This document shows, piece by piece, positions 13,301 to 26,102 of a stretch of 64,000 nucleotides of DNA. A program made the position numbers and the translations under genes. Position 1 is the stretch's first letter, and every line of letters begins with the position of its first letter. The notes under the pieces are model-generated. The model saw only the letters and a list, made by a program, of their open reading frames with translations, made no database searches and was not told the DNA's origin. This DNA comes from Monocercomonoides exilis PA203 (Eukaryota > Protista > Preaxostyla), in NCBI GenBank assembly GCA_001643675.2, contig LSRY02000032.1:310001-374000 (forward strand), given 5' to 3'.

Positions 13301-14215
13301 TCGTTTCCTCCACCACTTTCGTTGTCTGCTGTGTTGAATGCTCCGCTTTCATCTCCTCTTCTTCCTCTGGAGCCAACTTCTTCATCTTCATCAAAAAGCA
13401 ATTCCCACAAAACATCCTATCCCTGGCTGTCATTCAATAACTCTGATTTCTTGATGTCTTCTTTCCCCTCTGATTCTTTAGCATCTCCTCTGGACTGCTT
13501 CTGGGTGTCTGCGCCTGTGGGCTCACGTGAATGGGAGTATGCTGTTCAAAACAAGATGGCTCGTCTCTTTGGCATCGATGGAGATTCACTCATTTCTGCT
13601 CTCTCTGACTCCAGCAGCAGCGGAGGAGGAGGAGGAGGAGAAGCAGAGGCAGACAGGCAATCTGACCAGTCGCTACCGAGCTACACGAAGCAGAAGAAGG
13701 GATATTCAGTCTCTTTTGTTTCGCCACCAGAGTTCATGAGTTCTGATTCTTCTTCTTCTTCTTCTTCTTCACATTCATCATCTAAACATGGATCATCTCA
13801 CCATGTAATTCAATGTGTGAAGTGCCACTGGTCGCACGAGAAGTGGGCCGTGTGCGAGGTGGCCCCTTCAGCGCCTATGGAGTCCTTCACACAGACACAG
13901 GCGCAGATGGTGCTGTATTCCGAAGGCAGAAGCAAAATGACACGGAGAAAGAGGCACGTAGAGGCAGAAGGAAGTGAATGCTCCTTACAAGGGAGGCTTG
14001 ATACAGTTGGTGATAAGAGAATGATGAAGCACCTCTTCATGAACGATCCTTTCAATCGGCAGAGATTTGGCTGGAGTGATGCTTACGATGATGAACGCCC
14101 GCTTTATGTGAATGTCTCGAACCCTCTCCTTCTACATGAAATGACAAGAAGACTCATGTCTTATCCTTTTACTGATTTGCCTTTTGAAAGCGACACAGTT
14201 ATGTTAAACTTGTGA
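4308..14215 (+). CDS. Pecanex-like (PCNX4-type) multipass membrane protein, ~3290 aa; exons 4308-4554 and 4590-14215
   Basis: N-terminal KTSFLLRRVAQTIFGGPRF resembles the PCNX4 N-terminus; PPPEP..RPxYFIIF; many TM segments; pecanex C-terminal-like blocks (EWEYAVQNKMARLFGI, NPLLLHEMTRRLMSYP). A 35-nt GT-AG intron 4555-4589 joins the two ORFs in phase. Confidence 0.8.
6368..6565 (+). repeat. Perfect (TCT)66 microsatellite encoding poly-Ser inside pecanex
   Basis: Directly visible; in frame. Confidence 0.95.
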
Positions 14216-14508
14216 TGCATTAAATTTAATTAACTTCTTTCTTTTCTTTCATTTTGAGGTTCTTTGCTTTGGATAATTCCAAAAATGTTTTATTGATGAT
14301 AAAAGTGTTTGAGAAATTTGGATTATTTGTTAATCCCATTTATTTAAATATTTTTCACTATATTTTTTAATTTAAATAGAAAATTTCTTTTTATAGCACA
14401 GCAGTGAGAATTTCTTTATAGAAAATATCATTGAGAAAGTTTATTGATGAGTTTTCAAAAACATATAATATTTGTTGCTTATTATGGAAGCCGTGATCGA
14501 AAACAAAG

Positions 14509-17076
14509 ATGAGCGATAAATTATTGTTTCAGCCTTTTACATCTTCTCCAGATATATTGTTTTGGAAAGTTTTATCAGAGAAAAAGCTTGACGTTCTTAA
14601 ATTGAGTGATGACGCTGTTGGCATTGTTGGGCATTTTTGCAGCGGAACAGAATTCGAGAGAGCTCATTCACTTTTCTTTCTCGATGAAAATGCATTTGAG
14701 GCATCAAAAGCGTTTGAAGCAGTATTTTTTAAAGAAAGAGATAGCTTATCACGTTTATTTTTCGATTTGTCGGTTTTTTATTTCAAAAATATTTTAGGCC
14801 TCCAGAACATCATTACGCAGTCCCCGGAAGCTTAATCAATACAAATACAAAAGATGCTTTTTTGAAACTTAATTTTAAGCAGATCTTAGAAGACGCCGGC
14901 AAAAAAATTTTGAAAGGAATTGCTTCAAAAGAAATTCTCGAACATCCAGAAGAACTTTCCAGATTCACTTTGTGCTCATTTGCAGATTTGAAAGAATATT
15001 CATACATGTACTGGTTTGCTTTTCCAGTGCTTAACCATCCGCTTCTGAAGATGACTTCAAAGTTTGAATCAATCTCAAATTTCTATAAGGAAGATGAAAT
15101 TGAAAAATTGTTAAATCAAGTTAATGGAATCTCTTCTTGTTATGATCCTTCAACATTGGAAATATTCCCCATTTCTTCATTGCCCATGCTTATCGAAAGT
15201 GTTAAAAAAGGTGAAAGAAAAACCATCGGAATCGCTGTTAAAGATCCTGGCTCTTCAAATGCTTATCCTGGATGGAATTCTCGAAACTATTTGTATGCAC
15301 TTTCTTACTATGGATGGGAAAGCGGTCTGAAAGAGGTTCCTGTTGAGATTGCATTCATCAGAGAATGCGACCCACGAAAGGCAACTAACATCACGGCCGT
15401 GGCTTCATCTTCAGCCACACCTTCCTCTGAAAGTGATGAGTCTGCTAAAAACAGCCCCACTTTTCTTGTTCGTGGAGTTATTCCAGCTCTTGAAAGTGAT
15501 CCATGTGCTGAAGGAGCTGCTATCCAGTGCATCGGATGGGAGAAGAACCAACACGGCAAATTCAAAGCAAGAATGGTTAATTTGAGAGAACAATTTGACA
15601 GCCGTTCCATTGCTGATACCTCAGTCGATCTCAACTTGAAACTGATGAGATGGAGACTTGTTGAGTCGCTGGACTTAGAGGCTTTGAAGGAAACAAGATG
15701 CCTTCTGCTTGGCTCTGGCACTTTGGGTTGCTATGTTGGGCGTGCACTTGCTGCATGGGGCGTTCGCCACATAACATTTGTTGACAGAGGAAAAGTGTCC
15801 TTCTCAAATCCAGTCAGACAGCCTCTGTTCCAATTCGAGCATTGCTTGGGTGGAGGACAGCCAAAAGCAGAGACAGCTGCAGAGGAGATGAAGAAGATTC
15901 TACCAACAATTGACACAAAAGGCATCTCGATGACAATCCACATGCCAGGACATCCAGTGCAGCCAGGAAAAGAGGAAGAGGAATGCCGCCGCGATGTGCT
16001 GCAGCTGGAGAGGCTGATCCGCTCGCACGATGTGGTGTTTATGCTGACCGATTCGAGAGAGGCAAGATGGCTGCCAACGTTACTGTGCTCGTATTACGGC
16101 AAAGTCGCAATCAATTCTGCACTTGGGTTTGACACCCTGGTGACGATGAGGCACGGGCATGTCCGTGGTGCTGAGAGAATTACTGTGTCTCCTCTGGAAA
16201 AAGAAGAGGAAGGAGCACAGAAATGCACTGTGAATCCTGAAAGACTGCATCGGAAGCGCCGTCCACATCTCGGCTGCTACTTCTGCTCGGATGTTGTGGC
16301 GCCCCGCAACTCGCTGAGAGAGCGGACGTTGGATCAGCAATGCACAGTCACACGGCCTGGCATGGCACCAATTGCGTCTGCGGTGAGTGTGGAGATGATG
16401 GTGTGCCTGCTGCACTCGAGGAAGAAGAACATGGCTGAAGCTGGTGATGCACAAGAAGATGAAGATGAGATTGCAAAGAAATTGGAAGAACTGAAGATTT
16501 CGAAGGAAAGCGATGAGGCAAAGAAAGAAGGAGAAGATGAGGAATTGGTGGGAGATGAAGACATTATTGCAGAAGAAGACAAAGAAGAGCTGAAAAGAAA
16601 GGAAATTCTCAAAGCAGCAGATCAAGATGAAGATGAAGGCACGATGAAGTTTGTGCCTCATCAGTTCAGAATGTTTATGAACAAATTCCAGACTGGGCTG
16701 TATCACTTCTCTTCATTTGAGATGTGCACTGCTTGCTCTTCAAAGGTTTGATTCAAATAATTTTAACTCTAATTATCATTATTTCTTGAAATTACGGATA
16801 TTACACTTGAATGAATGAAATTTTATTTGTCTTGATATTTCTTTGATCATTGAATAATATTTGTGATTATTTTTTATTTTTGAATTTTTCTATAAATTTA
16901 TTTAGGTTCGTGCCGAATATGCAAAACGAGGATTTGACTTCTTGTTGCAAGCCTTTAATGATCCAGAATATTTGGAGCGTCTTGTTGGCATATCTCAAAT
17001 GATGAACGATGATGTGCAGGATGATGATGAAGATTCTGTCAGAGAAGTGAATGATGACGGATTTGAAATCGTGTAA
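14509..17076 (+). CDS. ATG7: ATG7 autophagy E1-like activating enzyme; exons 14509-14711, 14798-16745, 16906-17076
   Basis: FWxxLxxKKLDxxKL, FADLKxYxYxYWFAFP, PGWxxRNYL, DLNLKLMRWR, LLLGSGTLGC, VSFSNPVRQ, DSREARWLP, LGCYFCSD, catalytic DQQCTVTRPG, CTACS. Phase-compatible GT-AG introns 14712-14797 and 16746-16905. Confidence 0.95.
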
Positions 17077-18046
17077 AGTTGAGTAAATTGAATTTTAAAA
17101 CTTGTTTTAGTTATGAGTCTATTCTTTTCTTCATCCTTTTTTGGAATTTGGACTTGTTTCTGGATATAGCTTTCAAGATTGAGCTTTCTTGTTTCCTTTT
17201 CTCTTACTGTATCTATTGATTTCCACTGTCTAATCATTAATGTCTTTTATAATATTTTGTTATTTTTATTTTTGTTCTCTATGAGCTTCATAATACTTTT
17301 GATGTGAATACAAAAAGCCTTTTTTTAAAAAATCATGCTTTTGTTTTATTTGAAGAGTATTATCAAATTTATCTAAAGGCAAACGGGGTTAAGAAAACTG
17401 CAGTTAAACATGTTTAATATTGTTTCAATAAAAATGGAAATATGGAGTCAAATAAACAAATTCTATTTAACGAATTTTATTGTCAAAATTATAACTATGA
17501 CTGAATCTACAACTGTTGAAAATGCGAAAAACACTTGAAATGATTAATTGAATAAAACATTATCATCTCGTTGTAGTATTCGAAGAAGCGCTCCATCCAA
17601 TGTTTGTTGCTTGCACTGGCCGATGACAAACAGCCTTTTTCATACAAATGAAGTACAAAAATCATTACATCAATTTACAAATTAAGATTATTTCATTTAT
17701 TTGCAAAAAATATGCTCACAAATTCGTTCCAGTCAACATGAAAATGAATATTTATTGTTTAAAAAAGAAATAAAATATTTAACAGTCATTTCAGAAAAAA
17801 CAATGTGAATATTTCAAACAATGTTAAAAAGAAAATAAGACTAAAAAATGAACTTATTTTTTATAACCTCGTAATTCTCATCTACCCGATCTCTATCAAA
17901 TAATGTTAGAACTCAATAACAAAAAAATATTTCTTTTCATAATTGAAGAGATAAAATGCTATCTTTCACAGCATTCAAAGATGCAGAAGCTGAATGGACA
18001 TCAATAAGAGATAGTCTTGATGAAGATACCATGATGCTTCACTCAT

Positions 18047-20305
18047 TCAAGTTGAAGTGCTTGAGTCTGGAGAAAGCTGCCGAAGAAGCGTGTGCCTTTC
18101 CTTCATTCGGCGGATAAGATGTTGAGAGCTTTCATGCTTTGCCATTGGACGAGAATTTTGATTTTCGTTATCCTCGCTTTTTTGATTTAAACTATATGAA
18201 TTTTTTGATGAATCCAAAGATTCACCTTTCTTTTCTGTTGCAGCCATTTTTATTACTTCATTCATTTTGCTCGAATCAAAAATCTCTTTTCTTTTCTGTT
18301 CTTTTTTCGCAATTTTATCCATTTTAGCTTTTTCTTTTAACATTTCGTCATCCTCTTCATCTTTGAACCAGTCAATCTTCAGACCAGCAAACGCCTCTTC
18401 ATACGAAGGAGAAGGGCGAAGTGGATGATCAGTACAATACCTTTTTGCCCTGTTGACTGCTTCATACACTTCAATGCTTTTTGGACATCTTGTCAGGTGG
18501 AGAAGAAACTCTGGCAATGGACTGTCCATCGGAGGACATGCACGCGATATCTGCGCATATCGAGAGAGCGGGTCTGCATTCAGTTTGTCCTCATCTTTCT
18601 CTTCATTTTCGCTTCTTGTGTAACCTTCTCTTTTGCTTTTATCTGCTCTAGCTTTTGAAGATACTGCTTCAGATCCCTTCTCACTTTCTTTTTCTCCCCC
18701 CATCATAATCTCATTTGCTCTGTTTGTTTCATATCGTTTGACATCGTTTTTTTCTGGAAGAATATCATTCGTCGCTTTCCACGTTGCAACACCCAGCACA
18801 AGCGACTCAGGACTTGCCATGCCAATGTCTTCAATGGACATTCGAATTGCACGACGCGTGATGTATTTCCGCTGCTCACCGCCTTGCAGCTGCTGGGCCA
18901 AATAATACATGGAAGCGTTATCATCACCTCCTCTCACAGATTTGTGCAGAGCAGAAATGTAATCGTAGTGATATTCGCCGGTTCGATCGAAGTATGACAG
19001 CTGTGACTGCGTCAGAAGGATTCCTTCTCCAGATGCGCAACTCAAAGAAATGGTGAAATGATACGGTGAAGTGCATTTGTGAGGCTTTGATTCATCCTTT
19101 GAATTGGACGATGTTGAAGTGGTTGGAGAAGATTGAGTCAAGATTGGAGGCAGAAGGTTTGCAGGAAGAGGCCTCTTCACAACAGAATCCACAGCCCTGA
19201 TCTTTTTATCTTTTGTTGTGTTGTCCTGGATTACCTTTGCATCGTTTGCTGTTCTCTTTTGTTTTATTCCCTTCAGAATATTTTCCTCTTCAATTGTTGG
19301 CTCTTCCGATGCACAAGAAATGAAAAGATTTTTTGGCATGTCCAGTTGTTCGAGGAATTTTTGCTTTGCCTGCCACCATTTGTCGACAGTGTTGTGATGA
19401 TGCAGAAGTGCCTGATTCGCCATCTGCTCCAGCATTCCAAGTGCAGATCGGCAATCTCCATTGCATCTTTCAGCAACTGCTTGAAGCGTTGCATGGTTAC
19501 ATTCGTATTCGACACAATGACACTCTGGGCAGGCATAAAGCATTGGAAGAGAATCTTCAGATTCTTTAATGATATTCGGCAAGTCAAACAGTTTTTCTAA
19601 ATAGCATGAAATCTCGAATGGAACAACTTCCACAGTTGATTGTGCAACTTGTAAGCTACTGAGTATTTCTAATCCCCGATTGAGAACTTTAATGATATTA
19701 TCTCTACTAAGTTCATGCAAATGAAACACTTCGCAATGATTTAAAATCCTCGATTTTAAATGAAAAGAAGGATTTTCTGTTGTGGCGCCAATAATTGAAA
19801 TAATCCCTGATTGGAAAGGCTTGACAAGTTCATTTTGAAGCTTCGCATCAAGACGATGTATTTCATCAATAAACAAAATTGTTCCAACACCTGTTTCATT
19901 CAGCTCCTTTTGTGCATTTTGGCAAACAGATCGAAGTAAATCAAGAGTCATTTTGACTCCAGACAAAGTGACAAATATTTTCCTTGTATTCATCGCAATG
20001 ATATGAGCTAGAGTTGTTTTTCCAGTTCCTGGTGGGCCCCAAAAGATTACAGAAGGAACAGCATCACAATGGAGAAGTTGAGAAAATGTTTTCCCATCTC
20101 CAATAATTTCTTCTTGCCCAAAAAATTGTTGAAGGGTTTGGGGTCTCATTAAAGCAGCCTGAAATTTTATAAAGAATTTGCGATAAGTTTCAATTTGAAA
20201 TGTGATAGAAAAGAAAATTTTCAAATTCATGATAATTTGAAACATTTTTTTCTAATAGCAAAACAATCATACAAGAGGAGAATGTTTAGGGGCATTTAAT
20301 TCCAT
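18047..20305 (-). CDS. MGS1: MGS1/WRNIP1/RarA-family AAA+ ATPase; exons 20305-20273 and 20158-18047
   Basis: PL|AALMRPQTL across intron 20159-20272, FWGPPGTGKTT, LFIDEIHR, GATTENPSF, GDxR, YDYISALHKSVRG, EDIGMA, PKSIEVY. Confidence 0.9.
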
Positions 20306-20508
20306 TTGCTTGAAAAATTACCTGAATGCTGCTGTTTTTCCCCAGTTTAAAAATCATTGTTAACCCATAGCATTTTCTTAATGGTGCACTTTCTAAAAAT
20401 GAAAATATTTGTCAAACAAACATTATATATGCTGGAAAATGTTTTTTTAAGAATTCTTTAAGACTTGATTCTTGTTGTATTTATTAAGGGATATTGAAAT
20501 CCATATCA

Positions 20509-23500
20509 ATGGAAGAAATTGTTTGTTTAGAGTATTTTAGAGTTTTATAAACAAGTTGATGTTATTCGCAAATGTTTCTATCTTTTAATTGTTAACGTTT
20601 TAGAGAAGACTTCAAGAAGAACTAAAAAGAGTTCAACAACAAAAAGTTGTCAGTTTTCGACTTCTTCCAGCAAACCTTGTTGAAATTATAGATTCATTGA
20701 AAAAACTTGATATTCTTGATGTCATTCACACTTTAGATGGGAAAGAATACTTGACAAGAGCTCATCTGCGTAAAGAAGTTTTAAACGAACTTGAACGTCA
20801 ACAGGGAAGAGTTGATTCAAAATACCTTCCATCTCTACTTAATGTGGATCTTACATATGTATTAGAAGCGTGCAGAGCTGTTGTTGACAAAGACATACAA
20901 TTTGTCAATGGCGAGTTAATTTCAGATCATTACATAAAAAGGATGGCTGAAGAAATAAATGAAATTTTAAAAGATGTGGGGAAAATTAATGTTGTAGACC
21001 TCACTGTTCATTTTCAATTGAACTCCACAATTGTTAATCAAGCAATCAATAGGCATATTAATACTATTATTAAAGCGAAATTTGATGGTGAAATATTGAT
21101 TACACCTGAATATGAGGAAGAGATAAAGGCTGTGATAAGAGGTACTTTTGTTGGAATGACTGTTCCAGCCCACATTCAAGCACAAGTTGCACCACGACTT
21201 GGCCTTTCCGAGAGTGTTGTTACTTCAGTTGTTGAAACTTTGATAAGGGAAAACAGGATAAGTGGCAAAATAGTTAAGGGATCATTCCATCCCTCTTCAT
21301 ATTCAAAGGGGCAGCAAGATGTTCTGGAAAACTTCTTCCATCAAAACAGGTTCATGACATACAATCACTGCCGGAAGCTTGGGATGGGAGGAAGCGATAT
21401 TCCTGGCTTTCTGCTTAATCGATTTGGTTCAAGTACGTCAGACGAAGAGAACGACAAGAGAAAAGGCGGGCACAAAGGCAGCGGAGCGACGAACCTGCAC
21501 ACGATGGTGGTAGCGAGCGACGTGGTGCAGCAAGTGGACTCGACGTTGGAGGAAGGGATCTCCGAAGAGGGCTTCTCTGAGATCAGCAGCGAGTCTATGC
21601 AGATCCCGCTGACCGAAGAAGACACAATGGAGCTGATGAAACTGCTGTCGAGTGTCACTGGAGAATCACACGACGGTGACTATCTTGCAAAATCTGCCAG
21701 ATCCACCCCGCGCTCTTCTCCCTCTCGCAGTCCCAGCCGCGACTTCAGCGCGATGCCTTCGACTGTTCCAAATATGATCGTCTACAGCAAGCTCATCAAC
21801 ATCACCACACGCTCCACAACAACCGCTGCGTCCAACTCTGCCATTGCTGGGCTGACTTTGCTGACACAGCTCAATGAAGTGCCGAGCTTATCTCCTTCCT
21901 CCATCGATCTCTCCCTCCCTTCATTCACAGGGCCACTTGTCACCTCAGTCCTCACCCCTTCGTCGCTTGTGACGAGCACCCAGAAGCGCCTTGGTGTTCC
22001 GCTGAATGCGCTGCAGATGCTGCTTTCCTCGCCATCCACATCTTCTGTGACCGACAGAGCAGACAACTTGACCCCACCGCCATTTTTCACCTCGCCAGAA
22101 ATGGGCGAGCCGCTGGCAGCAACTGGATCGTCTGGCAAAGACACAAAGGGAAAAGGGAAAGGGAAAGGAAAGAAGAAAGGAAAAGATACTGAAGATTTCG
22201 ACGAAACAGAGGAAAACAAAGCGAATGAGGATTCTTTGCAAATGTCATCTGCTCAATCAGTATCAGCACTGCGCACGCCTGTTGACCCATCAGCCATTCA
22301 GCTGTGCCGCATTCCATTCTCATCGGCATACGGACTGCATTCACTGGACACCTCGCGGCCGCTCCCAGGCGATGCTACTGCGCTTTCTCTGTCATCCTAT
22401 TCGACTGCCAGCTCTTCTGCCTCAAGCTCTGTGGAGCTTCCGCTGCCTCCGACGCCTCCACAATATTCACTTGGACAGACACCCGCTCTGTCTGTGGCAC
22501 ACTCAGCTGCTTCGCGCAGCTCTGGCTCATCTTCAGCTTCAGACACGTCTACTGTCAGAATCAGCCCATCGAAGCTGGCCAACATGATTGAGTATTTCGG
22601 TTCGATACAGCCACTCGGAAAGCTGATGGCGTACAGAGAGAGTGTTCTCACAACAGCGTCTGCTTCTGGTGCTTCTGATAAGTCTGCGTTGGAATCTTCT
22701 TCTTCTGCTTCGTCTGGGAAAGGCAGAGGCAAAGGAAAGAGAAGAGGAAACGCTTACGATGATGACGACGATGACATAGCAAGCCGTCCTTTGTCGATGG
22801 TGCCTCTGTCTTCTATTCCACTTGACTCTGTTCCGATGGACTCGATCGATTATTCCCTATTCCGCCCGTCGTCTTTGCAGGATCCCGTAATCAGCAAATA
22901 CGCCGAGCTGACTGACAAGGAGTCGTCGAATGCGTCGATTGGGACAGAGACGCACTTCTTTGCGTCAGTCATGCTGGTTGAGAGGTGCCTAGCGGCTGCT
23001 GAGGCAGAGCTGCGTGTGGCGATGTGGCAGAACAGAGAGAAAGTGCTGTTTGGCGGGATGAATGAAGGGAATGGAAGAAAAGTACAGCCAAAGAAATGGG
23101 AGAAAGCGGAGGCGCTGAAGCCAAAAAGCAGGTTTGATGAGGAAAATGAGAGTGGCGATGAAGAGGAAGAGGAGAAAGAGAAGGGATTTGATGATGACGA
23201 TGATGAAGACGAAGAAGGAGGAGGAAGAGGAAAGAACGGAAAGAGAGGCAAAGACAAGAAGCAACAAAGAGGAAAAGGTGGAAGAGGAAAGAAGGGAAGA
23301 CGAGGAGCAGATGAAGATGAAGAAGAGGAGGAACTCGACGAAGAATATGAAGCACCAAGCAAAAAAGGGAAAGGAAGGAGAAGAAGCGGAGGGAAAGGAA
23401 AAGGAAAACAAAGGAAAGAAGAGGAGGAAGAGGAGGAATTCAATGAAGACAACGAGGATGAGGAAGGAATGGGCGACTCAGACGACGAAGGTGCCTTTGG

Positions 23501-25355
23501 TGGAGCCTCACAAAGCGGAAAAGGGCAGTCAAAAAGAGGATTTGGTGCTCAATCGTCGAAGCAAGGAAAGAGCGGGAGTGAAGGAGAAGTGCAAATGGAA
23601 GATGTGTTTCCTTTGTCAGCCGTTGTGCGCTGTGTGCAGAAGGCAGCGTGTTCGAGAGAGTTGTGGAACGAACAGCTGGCACAGCTGAGGAACCTGCAAC
23701 AATATTTGAACATCTCTTCATCGTCGTTTGCTTTGTCCACAGGCATGACAGACGCAGATGGCTCAAAGCAAGCCTCGCATTCACAGTCAGCTTCTGCTTC
23801 TGCTTCTTCTTCTGCTTCTTCTTCTGCTTCTGATTCATTAATATCAGCGCCAACCTCAGCCTCTTCAATCACTGTTGACTCTGCGCTGGTTGATCAGATC
23901 GTAGCGCGTATTCTGCCTCAGCTGCGGTGCACTTTCCGGCGTGTCATAGATGGCGTGACGGGGTCAGGCAAGCAGCAGCGAGAGGACACGAAGCAGCACA
24001 AGGAGACGCTGGTGGCTGAGTACCCGTCGGCACACCATCATTTTGTGCTGTTTGCTAACGGTATTATCACGCTTGTTGGGGATGTGAGCAGCAGAGAGAA
24101 GGAGAGAGAGAGAGAGAGAGAGGAAGAGAAGGAGAAAGAGAGGGAGAGGGAGAAGGAGTCAGCAAGAGAAAGTGGAAGAAGAATTGGGAACAAAAAGACT
24201 TCAAAGCCGAGCAAAGAGAAGAGCGAGAAGAACGAAAAAGAAGAGAATGAAAAAGATGAGGCATTGGAGTTGAGGGACGGGCTTGCTCGCTCGCTGATGC
24301 GAACAGAAGGTGCTACGCTTGCTCTGAGGTTGGGATCGATTGCAGCAGTGGATGCTGGTTTGTGTTCTTCTTTTTTATTTTTATTTATTTATTTATTTTT
24401 TTTCCAAATGATGTTTTTGAATATCTATGTGAAAATTATATATGCTTATATTTCTCTTTGAATAACAACTTCACTTTTTTTATAACATATATTGAATGCC
24501 ATATTTCTCCATCCAGATATTTCTCCCCCACCGATTGTATCTGACCGTCCGGACACAATGATATCCTCCTTCCGCTCGCTTGTGAACCAGCTTCCGCCGT
24601 CAAACGCACTTTCTCCTCTGCGCCAGATGCTTTCTTTGCTTTCATCCAACAGCACAGACACTGCTCCTTTTATTGAAGCAGCGCAGGAGGCAGCTGAAGC
24701 GCTGAGCATCCACATTGGCCTGCTCGACAGGAAGAAGGAGAAAGAGCTGCTGCGCTCGTTCAAAGAGAACCTTACACAGCGGCTGCGCACATTCAGATAC
24801 CAGACACAACAGGAAGAAGGAGAAGAAGGAGCAGAAGGAGAGGAAAAGGAAAAGACAAAGGCAGAGGAAGAAGGGAAAGGAGCAAAAGACGGGAGCAGGC
24901 TTCCGTCAGCTGTGGAGTCTGAGTCGCTGTTTGATGTGGCGCTGCAGCTTGCGTGTTTGCAGACGATCAGAGCAGTAATACCTTCTCCTCCACACAAACA
25001 CATGGGCGCTGCGATTGCTTGTCTGTGCAAGAACTTTTTGATTGACTCGTCTTCGTCGCCTTCTGCGTCGGCTGGCAGCGAGAAAAGCGAAGGCAAAGAG
25101 AAAGGAAAGAAAAAAGGATCTGCAAGTGAGAGTGAAGGCAAAACAGAGGAAAAGACGTCTGCAGACAGCAAGCCTAATCTATCGACTCTTCTGCTGACTT
25201 CGCATTCGCGGTTGATTCAAGTGGTGACAGAAGAGAACGGGCTGAAGCAGGGCAAAGAAGGGATCAGCGCGGATAGCGTGGTTGAGCGGAAGAAGGCGTT
25301 CGCAGAGACGTTTGCACAATTGAAGAATGCTTTGATTGGAGATGAAGACGATTAG
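20509..25355 (+). CDS. UFL1: E3 UFM1-protein ligase 1; exons 20509-20520, 20604-24357, 24517-25355
   Basis: Spliced N-terminus MEEI|RRLQEELKRVQ...NLVEII...VIHTLDGKEYLT...GRV..L..LLNVD matches UFL1; GKG/KK-rich basic region. Introns 20521-20603 and 24358-24516 are in phase. Confidence 0.85.
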
Positions 25356-26102
25356 TAAGGAGGAAGTATTTTTAGTGGTTTTTTAATTATTGTTATTCTT
25401 ATTCTTATTCATTTTCCCTGTTTGGATATTTAATGAATGGATTATTGAGTGTTAATAAAATAGGGAGATTTTCAAAGCTTTTAACATGTATTTTTCAATG
25501 GAAATTTTATTGTGAGTATCTTTGACTATTTGTTAGAAAATCGAATGAAAAAAAAAATCATTCGAAAAAATGCAACATTTGTCACCAGCTGAAACAGAAA
25601 AGTTCAGAATATTATAGAAGGAGAATCATAAACATTATTTTCTTAGAGAAAAAAGAAATTATTAAGTGCTTTTAGATGCGATAATTTTTCAGTTTTTGAG
25701 ATGAAAGAGAAAAAATCACATGAAGAAAGTTATAAAAAGAAATTGTGCTGTGAGCAAAACAGATAAAAATAGAAGAAAATTATAAGATAAGAGTCACTTT
25801 ATCATCAAAATCTTTCTTTCTTTCCAAAAAAAGAACAATTCTAATCATAAAATAACAACAATCACATATTGGAAAAAAAATTGTGCAAACAATCCAAAAA
25901 TTGATTTGCAACCGAAATAAAAAGCTTCTTCAAAAGGAAAGAAATGTTGATTTAAGATGACCAGTTGAATCTACCGAAGCAAAAAAGTGAAAGATAAATC
26001 GAAGAAGCAGAAGTGATGAAGAAAAAGCTCGCAATTAAAAAAAATAAATTAAAAGATGATGAAAGTTTTTTATAAAAGCAATCATCTTTAACACAAATGC
26101 AA

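Noticed and set aside
14509-25355. ATG7 and UFL1 as a ubiquitin-like conjugation cluster
   Set aside because: They act in different pathways and are separated by an unrelated gene; proximity is probably chance.
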